UHGV virus genome: UHGV-0848487
DNA from: a virus
Length of the DNA: 40,883 nt
Strand: one strand, 5' to 3'
Shown: piece by piece, positions 33,569 through 40,883 of the stretch
Layout of the letters: each line of letters starts with the position of its first letter
Numbering within the stretch: position 1 is the first letter of the stretch
Position numbers and translations under genes: made by a program
Notes under the pieces: model-generated
Databases searched by the model: none
The model's input: only the letters and a program-made list of their open reading frames with translations
What the model was told of the DNA's origin: nothing

Positions 33569-34080
33569 GTGGTCAACAGGCCGCGTAATAACGGTATCTC
33601 TTTAGGTGTCATCAGTATACCAGTGCTTCGTTGGTTCAGCATAGGCGTACCAACATCCGCAGAAAACTCGCCTTTCTCCTGGTTGATGGCCTGTAACTCG
33701 TACACGACGGGGCCGTCAGCCGGGTAAGACAGGTCGGTGCTGACGTAACGGCGAAATACGAACTTCGGCAACTCGGTGTTACTCATCGGGATTTTATCCA
33801 TCTCATCATCAAGTTGATTGAGGATATCCGGTAGAGTAAACGTCGTCGTCTGGTCCATGTCACTGTTGTTAGCCGCGCCCGACGCCTCCATCGGGGTTGG
33901 CTCGAATGTGATTGTTTCACCCGTCTCCAGTGTTGCTGTAAGTTCCTGTAGCCCGCGCACAAGATAATACGTCTTTGACAGCAACGGGTGGCTGATTTGC
34001 AACGTGATGTAGTCCATCTCACCGTCGGGATTTGAGGCCAGCTTACGGCGATAGGCGGCTTCTACTGATTCCTGGCTCAT
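33565..34080 (-). CDS. minor tail protein (lambda L-like)
   Basis: Preferred ATG 34080 overlapping upstream stop; position. Confidence 0.45.
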   Translation of the reverse strand: MSQESVEAAYRRKLASNPDGEMDYITLQISHPLLSKTYYLVRGLQELTATLETGETITFEPTPMEASGAANNSDMDQTTTFTLPDILNQLDDEMDKIPMSNTELPKFVFRRYVSTDLSYPADGPVVYELQAINQEKGEFSADVGTPMLNQRSTGILMTPKEIPLLRGLLTT

Positions 34081-34577
34081 TGCATCGGGTCCCAAATTCG
34101 TGGAAACGTTGATTGTGCAGTTCCGTAGGCTTTAAGGAAACACCCCAGCCCGTCACCATAGCAACCGTACAAATCTGGCAGATTGTTAATCAGGCACTGG
34201 TTCTCAAGGTTCTGGAACGGCGATTTCTCAGCGGTTGCCGTGAAAGTAATCGTCCAGTTAATGCCGTCTTCGGTGGACTCGGCGATGGTGGACGTAATTG
34301 TTACCTGATAATCCTCAATACCCATGCCGAAGTCGTGCGCCATCCAGAAACTTGACGCACCGCCGTCGACTTTTTCGAGGAACGACAGAAACGCCTGCCG
34401 TCCCAGCGCGGATGTAATCAGGGTTACGCTTATTGGGAACACGTCGTAATATGTGTCACGACCCTGGCGCACCCCGCCACCGGCTAAATCTACACTCCAG
34501 ACGTTGTTACGTCTGGTCATTGAGTAGCCTTTCGATACAATTGGCTTAAGGCTACGTGGGAAATATAAGTCGCTCAT
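34077..34577 (-). CDS. minor tail protein (lambda M-like)
   Basis: 166 aa directly downstream of tape measure gene. Confidence 0.45.
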   Translation of the reverse strand: MSDLYFPRSLKPIVSKGYSMTRRNNVWSVDLAGGGVRQGRDTYYDVFPISVTLITSALGRQAFLSFLEKVDGGASSFWMAHDFGMGIEDYQVTITSTIAESTEDGINWTITFTATAEKSPFQNLENQCLINNLPDLYGCYGDGLGCFLKAYGTAQSTFPRIWDPMQ

Positions 34578-36850
34578 TACTTGAACCCCGGCGCGTTTCT
34601 TGTGGCCTTGCGGGCCTTGCTAATCTTACTGTTGCTGTTCTGCAAAGAGGCCGCCACTTGCTCTTCAATGATGATACGCAAACGGCCTTCATCATCTTGT
34701 TCAGTGGATACGTTGCCAATCTGAGAACTCGTGTTGTTTACGATGGTAACATTAGACGGTCCGGAAGAAGACCCGTTTTGCCCCATAATTTCTTTCATCT
34801 GCTGCGCGGTGCGAACACGCGATGCCCCCGCGGGCATGATAACCTCAGGTTTACCACGTTCGGCGATGGTGGAAGCCTGCCCCGCGGATAACTGACCGCC
34901 CTGTTCACGCGCAGATCTGATAGCGGAAATCTGCGCCATACCCGCCCCAACGGCAGCGGCGGCGGCTACAGGTGCCAGGAACGGACCGACTACAGGGATA
35001 GCTGCCGTGGACTTGTACGCCTCAATAGCTGCGGTGTATGTGGCTATAGTGGCCTGTACGATAGCGAATGCCTTATACGCACCAGAAGCCTCGCCCAAAG
35101 CCGAACCGATGTTTGAGGCCATGTTACCAAAGGCGGTTGCCGTCGCGTCGGCGCGTTTCGTGGCGTACTGCTCGTTGATGGCGTTAAGAGCGGCCTGATA
35201 CTGCTTCTCGCTAATCAAACCCTGCTCGCGGTACTTATCCGCTACCGCCAGTTTCTGCTGTTCCTGGATGTCGAGAAGCTCAAGCTCAGTAGCGTTCTGA
35301 CCCATAATCTGAGCCATGAAGTCGTCACCTTTCTGCTGCTTTTCCTGGGCTTCTTTCTGGCGTTTATCCAGTTCATCTTGTCGTTTTTTCCCGGCTTCGA
35401 GGACGATAGCTGTTTTAGCTTGTTCATATTCTTTCAGGGACAACGCGCCCTGGCTGTAGAACTCTTTTGCCTTAGCCAGTTTCTGCTGTTCCTGCGCGTC
35501 GATAGCCTTTAACTCGTCGTTGTTCTGACGGGCCAAAGTGTCGAGGTAATCTTGCGCCTGATTCCGCAATTGCTCTGCTTTCTTGGCGGCGGCTTTTGCT
35601 GCTTTATCGTCGGTTGTCCCCACCCCACCAGTTCCGCCCTTTTTATTAACAAGGCTGGCTAAGTCTATTTCTTGCTTCTTACGCTCGTTGTACTGCTTGC
35701 GCTGTTCCTCAATTTCTTTCTTACGCTGCTTAGACCTGTTGGTGATGGCCTGTGATTCGGCCTCGGCGCGTTTTATGCTGGCGGCGTATGCGGCGTCAGC
35801 TTCTGCGGTCAGGTTTTTAAATGTGAGTGCTGCCGTTTTGCTCGGATCAAACACGTCTGCGAGGGTCTGACCTAACGCTACGGCGTAATCGTCAATGCGC
35901 TGGAACCACGCAATAACCTCGTGAAACGTCTGCTGGATGTCAGGCAACCATTCACGGATAGCATCCGGTATAGTACCCAGCGAGTCTGACATATCCGCGG
36001 ATTTGTCCTCGGTATCGTATGCCAGGTCGTTTAAGGCATCAGAAATAAACTTGAATGATTCATTGAACAGTGTCACCCAATCCTGGAGCGTGGCGGCTAT
36101 CTCATTAGACGCAATGGCGTCGGTGAGTGCCGAAATAGCGTCTTCTGCCTTCGCGGCTTGCTCACCTACGGCGTCGCCGAAACCGGATTGCGCCACCGCA
36201 AGTACAAGGCCATCAAAGGAGTCCGCCAGGCTCGACAACTGACCGTCTAACGTCTTAGAGCGCGTCTCCATCGCCCCGGCGAAATCGGTGTTGCCGATGT
36301 TTAGCAGGTATTTCTGAATCTCTTCGGAGTTCTTTTTAACCGTGGTGGTGACGCCGCGGAACGTGAACGAAACGGTATCTGCCTGTTGGGAAGACTTGAT
36401 ACCGAACTCTTTCAGTCGCTCAAACTCAAAGGTACTGGCGTCGGCAACCGCCTCAATCATCTGATTAAGGTCTTTACCCATAGCCGCCGCGGTGTTGCCG
36501 TAGGAGATTAACGCCTCTTTGCTTGGGTTCAGGCCGAGGGCCACCAGCTTAGTAAAGCCTTCCACCGCCTGGTTAAGACCATATGGGGTTTCTTTTGCGA
36601 ACTGTTGCAGGACGCTGAAAGCCTTAGCCGCGTTCTCAGCGCTCCCGGTCATTGTGATGAGGCCGGAGTTCAGCTTATCGAAGTTGCGCTGGGAGTCCAC
36701 CAGCGCACTGAACACCTGTTTGGCAGTTTCCAGACTGACAACGGCAGCGGCGGCGGCCCCCGCGGCTTTGGTAAGCCCGTTCAGTTGTGATGTGGTTTTA
36801 TCGACGCCGGTCGATGATACTCGTACGATCAAGCTAGCGGTATCAGCCAT
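34577..36850 (-). CDS. tail tape measure protein
   Basis: About 757 aa, Ala/Gln/Lys/Glu-rich coiled-coil with Gly-rich C-terminal region; preferred ATG 36850. Confidence 0.8.
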   Translation of the reverse strand: MADTASLIVRVSSTGVDKTTSQLNGLTKAAGAAAAAVVSLETAKQVFSALVDSQRNFDKLNSGLITMTGSAENAAKAFSVLQQFAKETPYGLNQAVEGFTKLVALGLNPSKEALISYGNTAAAMGKDLNQMIEAVADASTFEFERLKEFGIKSSQQADTVSFTFRGVTTTVKKNSEEIQKYLLNIGNTDFAGAMETRSKTLDGQLSSLADSFDGLVLAVAQSGFGDAVGEQAAKAEDAISALTDAIASNEIAATLQDWVTLFNESFKFISDALNDLAYDTEDKSADMSDSLGTIPDAIREWLPDIQQTFHEVIAWFQRIDDYAVALGQTLADVFDPSKTAALTFKNLTAEADAAYAASIKRAEAESQAITNRSKQRKKEIEEQRKQYNERKKQEIDLASLVNKKGGTGGVGTTDDKAAKAAAKKAEQLRNQAQDYLDTLARQNNDELKAIDAQEQQKLAKAKEFYSQGALSLKEYEQAKTAIVLEAGKKRQDELDKRQKEAQEKQQKGDDFMAQIMGQNATELELLDIQEQQKLAVADKYREQGLISEKQYQAALNAINEQYATKRADATATAFGNMASNIGSALGEASGAYKAFAIVQATIATYTAAIEAYKSTAAIPVVGPFLAPVAAAAAVGAGMAQISAIRSAREQGGQLSAGQASTIAERGKPEVIMPAGASRVRTAQQMKEIMGQNGSSSGPSNVTIVNNTSSQIGNVSTEQDDEGRLRIIIEEQVAASLQNSNSKISKARKATRNAPGFK

Positions 36851-37232
36851 GATTTCTACCTTCAAAGATTGCTTCTAAGCCCATGATAATGTCTATCTCG
36901 AACAGGCTAAGCTGTTTTTGCGTAACATCGAGATAGGCTTTCAGGTCTTGCCACGTAACGGATTCTCTTGCGAACAATACTACAGCGTCCTCGCGCACGT
37001 GTCGCGTAAACTTAATGTCGCAGTACGTCTCGAAGGTGGATATAAAAAGGGGCGGGCATTCTGGCCCACCCCGTCGCGCTGCACGTTTTTTCTTATCGAT
37101 TACACCCATCGCGATAAGCGCCTGTTCGTGTCCGTCGGCTATAGAATCAAACTCTCTGATTTTATGCTTATCCACAAACTCATAGGTGGCGAACCTGTAC
37201 AGCGCGTCTACTTTTCCTGTAATGCTTTGCGC
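36843..37232 (-). CDS. tail assembly chaperone T-like ORF (candidate -1 frameshift extension of G)
   Basis: Frame is open from 37232, overlaps last 8 codons of the G-like gene in the -1 frame; ends 8 nt into the tape measure gene. Confidence 0.35.
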   Translation of the reverse strand, partial: AQSITGKVDALYRFATYEFVDKHKIREFDSIADGHEQALIAMGVIDKKKRAARRGGPECPPLFISTFETYCDIKFTRHVREDAVVLFARESVTWQDLKAYLDVTQKQLSLFEIDIIMGLEAIFEGRNHG

Positions 37233-37624
37233 TCAGCGTTATGGAACGCTGCTACCTGTGTGCCTAATGCCTTGAACTGGTCCAGCAATTTGTTAAATGC
37301 TTCTTTAGAGAAAGGCTCATCAAAGCTCCAGCCGTTTACGACTTCTGCCGCGAGTTGCCGGTTGAGGTCTTCCGCCAGTTCGTTAATAGCCAGGTTATAT
37401 TCAGTATAGTCGCCGGATTCTTTGGCGGCTTTTTCCAGTTCTTCGAAACGCGCCAACCCGCGACGGTACGAAATAATGAAAGCACGCCCCGCTTTAACGG
37501 CGACATCCGCATCGGGACTTACAACGTTAAGCCATTCACCGGAGTCTTCGCCGTTTGGCAGCAGAATGGGCATCTTCTTGCCTACCAGTGCTTTCTCTTC
37601 GAAATAAAAATCAGAAAGTTTCAT
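37208..37624 (-). CDS. tail assembly chaperone (lambda G-like)
   Basis: 138 aa acidic protein immediately upstream of T-like ORF and tape measure gene. Confidence 0.45.
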   Translation of the reverse strand: MKLSDFYFEEKALVGKKMPILLPNGEDSGEWLNVVSPDADVAVKAGRAFIISYRRGLARFEELEKAAKESGDYTEYNLAINELAEDLNRQLAAEVVNGWSFDEPFSKEAFNKLLDQFKALGTQVAAFHNAERKALQEK

Positions 37625-37732
37625 TCTTTAATCCTTTGGTTAAGAGGTTACAGGTTAACGATAAATGCGCCAGACGGGAACCACCCGCTTTTCGTGTGCG
37701 ACACTAGGCGCAAAATTATTCTACCACAATAC

Positions 37733-37761
37733 TTGCACACCCCAATATAATAGGGTACTAT
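37733..37761 (+). promoter_or_regulatory. sigma70-like promoter TTGCAC-N17-TACTAT driving plus-strand accessory island
   Basis: TTGCACaccccaatataatagggTACTATtcactta; near-identical to the minus-strand early promoters at 15213..15241 and 16507..16535. Confidence 0.55.
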
Positions 37762-37791
37762 TCACTTACACCAACAATGAAGGGGTTTAAA

Positions 37792-37983
37792 ATGTCCAGT
37801 TTACCAGTTTCCTTAATTCTGTTTGCACTGCTCGCTTATTTCGCGCCTTTCCTGGTTGCGTACTTCCGTAACCATAAAGCGAAGTTAGCGATATTCATGG
37901 CTAATCTGTTTCTTGGTTGGGTTCTGCTGCCGTGGGTATTTATCTTAATCTGGGCGTGCAACTCGAATGTCAAAGAGAAGTGA
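37792..37983 (+). CDS. superinfection-immunity-like small membrane protein
   Basis: Preferred ATG 37792 after AAGGGG; AYFAPFLVAYFRNHKAKLAIFMANLFLGWVLLPWVFILIWA resembles the small superinfection immunity protein family pattern. Confidence 0.55.
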   Translation: MSSLPVSLILFALLAYFAPFLVAYFRNHKAKLAIFMANLFLGWVLLPWVFILIWACNSNVKEK

Positions 37984-38020
37984 GCTAGTATAGGACAAAT
38001 CCTAAACACGAGGAATAAGC

Positions 38021-39151
38021 ATGGCCAGGAAGAAAATAACCGACGAACAGTTACAGGAAGAATTGAACGCCGGTATGAAGAATATCGACATCGCCCGTAA
38101 ATACGGCATCTCCGACCGCGTTATTCGTATCCGTAAAGCGAAGCTGGCTAAGAAAGGTGTAGGCCACGGGCGTGACGTTAGTTACCTTGTACCGGACGGC
38201 TACAAGATTAAAGGAACGTCATCACTGGTGGATGAGTTTGGCAACACCAAGTTGCAATGGGTTAAGACCGACACCGATGCCGAACGTCAGGTTGAATTGA
38301 TGAAAGCCGTAATCGAAGGCATGAAGTCGGAGATTACACCAGTTGCACCTGTTAAAGCCGTTCGCGCCAAACGAGACGACAAGCTACTCAACCTTTACAC
38401 TGTGTCTGATTTCCATCTCGGTATGCTGGCCTGGGCTGACGAGAGCGGCGACGACTGGGACATGAAGATTGCGGAAGACCTGTTCTCCCGCTGGTTCGAC
38501 GCAGCGTTCCAGAAAGCACCGGATGCCGGAACAGGAGTTATTAATCTGCTGGGCGACCTTGCGCATTTCGATAGTCTGGACGCCGTTACACCTGCCAGTG
38601 GTCATGTTCTTGACGCTGACACCCGCTATCAGAAACTTGTACGCTACATGATTCGTATGGTCCGCCGTGTCATTGATATGGCTCTCGTTAAACATAAAAA
38701 TGTTCGCTTGCTTATCGTGCAAGGTAACCACGACGAAAGCGGAATGATTTGGTTAGCTGAGATGTTTAGTACGCTGTACGACAATGAGCCGCGTGTGTTC
38801 GTCGATACGTCGCCGGATGTTTACAAGATGGTGCAACACGGCAAAACGACGCTGTTCTTCCATCATGGGCATAAAGCACGATTCGACGCTATCGAACCGG
38901 TTATGATCGCCAAGTTCCGCAAAGCGTTCGGCGAGAGTGTTTACAGCTACGCCCACGTGGGTCACCTGCACCACCAAAAGATTGTAGAAAGCCGTAACAT
39001 GATTGTTGAGCAACACCGCACTCTCGCGGCTAAAGATGCATATGCCTCCCGCGGTGGGTGGATGTCGGGCCGCAGTGCAAACGTAATTACTTATAGCGCC
39101 GAATATGGCGAGGTCGCACGTTTAACTATTTCACCGGAGATGCTTGGATGA
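38021..39151 (+). CDS. HTH domain fused to calcineurin-like metallophosphoesterase
   Basis: N-terminal GMKNIDIARKYGISDRVIRIRK HTH-like; phosphoesterase motifs DFH, LLGDLAHFD, GNHDE, FHHGH, GHLHH in order. Confidence 0.7.
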   Translation: MARKKITDEQLQEELNAGMKNIDIARKYGISDRVIRIRKAKLAKKGVGHGRDVSYLVPDGYKIKGTSSLVDEFGNTKLQWVKTDTDAERQVELMKAVIEGMKSEITPVAPVKAVRAKRDDKLLNLYTVSDFHLGMLAWADESGDDWDMKIAEDLFSRWFDAAFQKAPDAGTGVINLLGDLAHFDSLDAVTPASGHVLDADTRYQKLVRYMIRMVRRVIDMALVKHKNVRLLIVQGNHDESGMIWLAEMFSTLYDNEPRVFVDTSPDVYKMVQHGKTTLFFHHGHKARFDAIEPVMIAKFRKAFGESVYSYAHVGHLHHQKIVESRNMIVEQHRTLAAKDAYASRGGWMSGRSANVITYSAEYGEVARLTISPEMLG

Positions 39152-39633
39152 AAGATATTGTGATTTTCGATTTAGACGGGACATTGGCAGATGGTACTCA
39201 TCGTTTACACCTGCTGCCGAAAGATAACTACGGCGAAACCTGTGCGTGGAAACCATTTAACATGGCGTGCAAAGACGATGCACCCATTAAAGATAACATC
39301 GAACTGTGTAACGCCCTTAATCGTCGCTATGCCGTTATTATCTTAACAGGCCGTAGTGATGACGCGGAAAAAGAAACCAGAATGTGGTTGCAGCGCCACC
39401 GCGTCGAATTTTATCAGTTAATCATGCGCAGCAAACACGACAACAGAAAAGACATCGTAATTAAAGAAGAGGTGTTGCGTGCTATTGGGCCGGAGAGAAT
39501 CTTGTGTGCATTCGACGACTCTCCAGCGGTAATAAAGCATTTCCGCGAACTCGGCATAACCACTCACGCAGTTACTGAATACGACTGTAACGGGAACTCT
39601 ACGCACTTAAAACCACATGGGAGTGATAAATAA
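39148..39633 (+). CDS. HAD-superfamily phosphatase
   Basis: Motif I FDLDGTL, motif II ILTGRS, motif IV FDDS; 161 aa. Confidence 0.7.
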   Translation: MKDIVIFDLDGTLADGTHRLHLLPKDNYGETCAWKPFNMACKDDAPIKDNIELCNALNRRYAVIILTGRSDDAEKETRMWLQRHRVEFYQLIMRSKHDNRKDIVIKEEVLRAIGPERILCAFDDSPAVIKHFRELGITTHAVTEYDCNGNSTHLKPHGSDK

Positions 39634-40187
39634 TGGCTAAGGTAATTATTCTTAATGGTCCTGCGGGCTGCGGGAAAGACACACTTGCTAGGGCGCTGGT
39701 AGAAATGGGCTTTGCGAAGGGTGTCGCCAGTTTCAAGAATCCGATGTTCAATATTGCTATGGCTGCGTTAGGCCAGGATGCTTACCGCGAGTTTCTCGAC
39801 GGCTACGACGACCGGGCGCGGAAAGAAAAGCCAGAGGGTTTCCTTAACGGGTTGTCTCGGCGTCAGTTCATGATTGCCATTTCCGAGCAATTCATTAAAC
39901 CGGTATTCGGTGATGATTATTTCGGTAAGTATCTTGCCGGAAACTTGCCCGACGGCGACGAAGTTTTTGTGGTGTCTGATGGCGGGTTCGCCAGCGAAGT
40001 AGCCCCTATCGTTGCCGCGGGGCATGATGTGAGAATCGTCCGCTTGCACAGAGACGGCCATACGTTTGAAGGGGACAGCCGCGGTTACCTGTACGATATT
40101 GATGGTGTAAAAGATTATGACACCTACATCATACCGGGTTACGTTAAATCGAACGCTATAGGCATTGCTTTAAGATTAGGCTTGTAA
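39633..40187 (+). CDS. P-loop nucleotide kinase (dNMP kinase-like; polynucleotide kinase not excluded)
   Basis: Walker A GPAGCGKDT resembling T4 gp1-type GKDT P-loop; 184 aa. Confidence 0.55.
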   Translation: MAKVIILNGPAGCGKDTLARALVEMGFAKGVASFKNPMFNIAMAALGQDAYREFLDGYDDRARKEKPEGFLNGLSRRQFMIAISEQFIKPVFGDDYFGKYLAGNLPDGDEVFVVSDGGFASEVAPIVAAGHDVRIVRLHRDGHTFEGDSRGYLYDIDGVKDYDTYIIPGYVKSNAIGIALRLGL

Positions 40188-40191
40188 GAAA

Positions 40192-40211
40192 AAGGCCCCA
40201 AACGGGGCCTT
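40192..40211. terminator. bidirectional intrinsic terminator at convergent junction
   Basis: AAGGCCCC-aaac-GGGGCCTT then agTTTTAT; same stem as 27666..27685 with complementary loop. Confidence 0.6.
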
Positions 40212-40215
40212 AGTT

Positions 40216-40883
40216 TTATGCGTATGTGATACGCTGAATAACAATAGACGACTGGTACTGGTTGCCAGTAGCCTGGCCTTCAATAGACTGAGTGATTGAC
40301 TCAGGTCCTCCAATCTCAGGTGTAGCCGCCGTAAGTTCTGCACGTTTCAAACTGAAAGACATAGCCCCGTTTACCCCAGCCAGAATAGAGTTAATCTCCA
40401 CCTGCTGCTCGTTGATAAACTTCTGAATCATCGCCATGTCGTACAGCTTACCGGAGATGGAGAAGGTGTTAGCTGCTCGGCTACGCTCCACAAACGCTAC
40501 GTTAGTGTTGCCGAGTTCGAACTGTGCGGACGCGCTGTTGTCGTTGGTGATGGTCAGGCTGTCGCAACGCAACGGCGTAGAACCGTCGAACACAGAAACA
40601 TCGACCGAGGAGAATGGCTCATCACCAAAAGTAACAGATGAGAAGTTGGAACCGGTCGGCGGCGTAGTGAGAATCTCCTGTCTGCGACCGATGAATGGGA
40701 AGCTGCCAGTTACCATCGCGTTAACAGCCTGTTCGATGGTAAAACCAGAAACTTCCACGCCTTTGGTTAACGTGTACGCGTCAGTACCGCCGCACTGGCC
40801 TTTGTACCAGGTAAGGATAGAGAACGTCTTACACGTGTTACCGGTTTCCAGCGTGTCGCCGGTTTTAGCCTTACTAGTTTTTG
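40216..40883 (-). CDS. major tail protein, C-terminal part (partial; ORF enters from window end)
   Basis: Minus-strand frame open from 40881 to stop at 40216 (ORF track gives 40216..40758 from an internal GTG); upstream codons translate without stop to the window edge. Confidence 0.5.
   Translation of the reverse strand, partial: KTSKAKTGDTLETGNTCKTFSILTWYKGQCGGTDAYTLTKGVEVSGFTIEQAVNAMVTGSFPFIGRRQEILTTPPTGSNFSSVTFGDEPFSSVDVSVFDGSTPLRCDSLTITNDNSASAQFELGNTNVAFVERSRAANTFSISGKLYDMAMIQKFINEQQVEINSILAGVNGAMSFSLKRAELTAATPEIGGPESITQSIEGQATGNQYQSSIVIQRITYA

Noticed and set aside
37741-37770. Reading the GTGAATAGT motif here as a minus-strand promoter for the tail chaperone genes
   Set aside because: On the plus strand the same bases form TTGCAC-N17-TACTAT, matching two other promoters almost base for base and pointing at the island; minus-strand reading gives only weak -35/-10 candidates.
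37777-37983. Upstream ATG 37777 as start of the immunity-like gene
   Set aside because: No Shine-Dalgarno before 37777, whereas ATG 37792 is preceded by AAGGGG at proper spacing.
1-40883. CRISPR array, integrase/recombinase, transposase
   Set aside because: No regularly spaced direct repeats and no ORF with recognisable tyrosine/serine recombinase or transposase motifs were seen; the only tandem repeats are two-copy in-frame duplications inside genes.

Overview
The window reads as a nearly complete or complete, circularly permuted genome (about 40.9 kb) of a tailed siphovirus-type coliphage/enterobacterial phage with lambda-like tail gene order, resembling the Jersey/K1G-like (Guernseyvirinae) group by gene content; the taxonomic assignment is from memory of family architecture, not a search. 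Layout: (1) minus-strand late head/neck operon, 496..10542, running terminase small and large subunits, portal, MuF-like head protein, scaffold, major capsid, neck proteins, major tail protein, with an Rz/Rz1 spanin pair embedded among the head genes; (2) minus-strand early small-gene block plus holin/endolysin cassette, 10.6-16.5 kb; (3) plus-strand replication/recombination module, 16.9-27.7 kb (AlpA-like regulator, primase/ATPase-like replication protein, antisense XRE repressor-like gene, Cas4-like exonuclease, SSB-like protein, family A DNA polymerase, VRR-NUC nuclease, SNF2 helicase); (4) minus-strand tail module, 27.7-37.6 kb (sialidase-like tailspike, J/K/L/M-like tail tip proteins, tape measure, G/T chaperones); (5) a plus-strand accessory island, 37.7-40.2 kb, inside the tail operon (superinfection-immunity-like membrane protein, HTH-metallophosphoesterase fusion, HAD phosphatase, P-loop kinase), driven by an early-type promoter. 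This island is the best candidate for an undescribed system. The major tail protein ORF is split across the two window ends and is in frame if the ends are joined. A recurrent GAATAG-containing palindromic motif overlaps at least six sigma70-like promoters. Two in-frame tandem duplications (36 bp in the capsid gene, 24 bp in a small early gene) and several repeated terminator hairpins are visible. No tRNA, CRISPR array or integrase was recognised. All functional calls rest on motifs read by eye and gene order; no database search was run.
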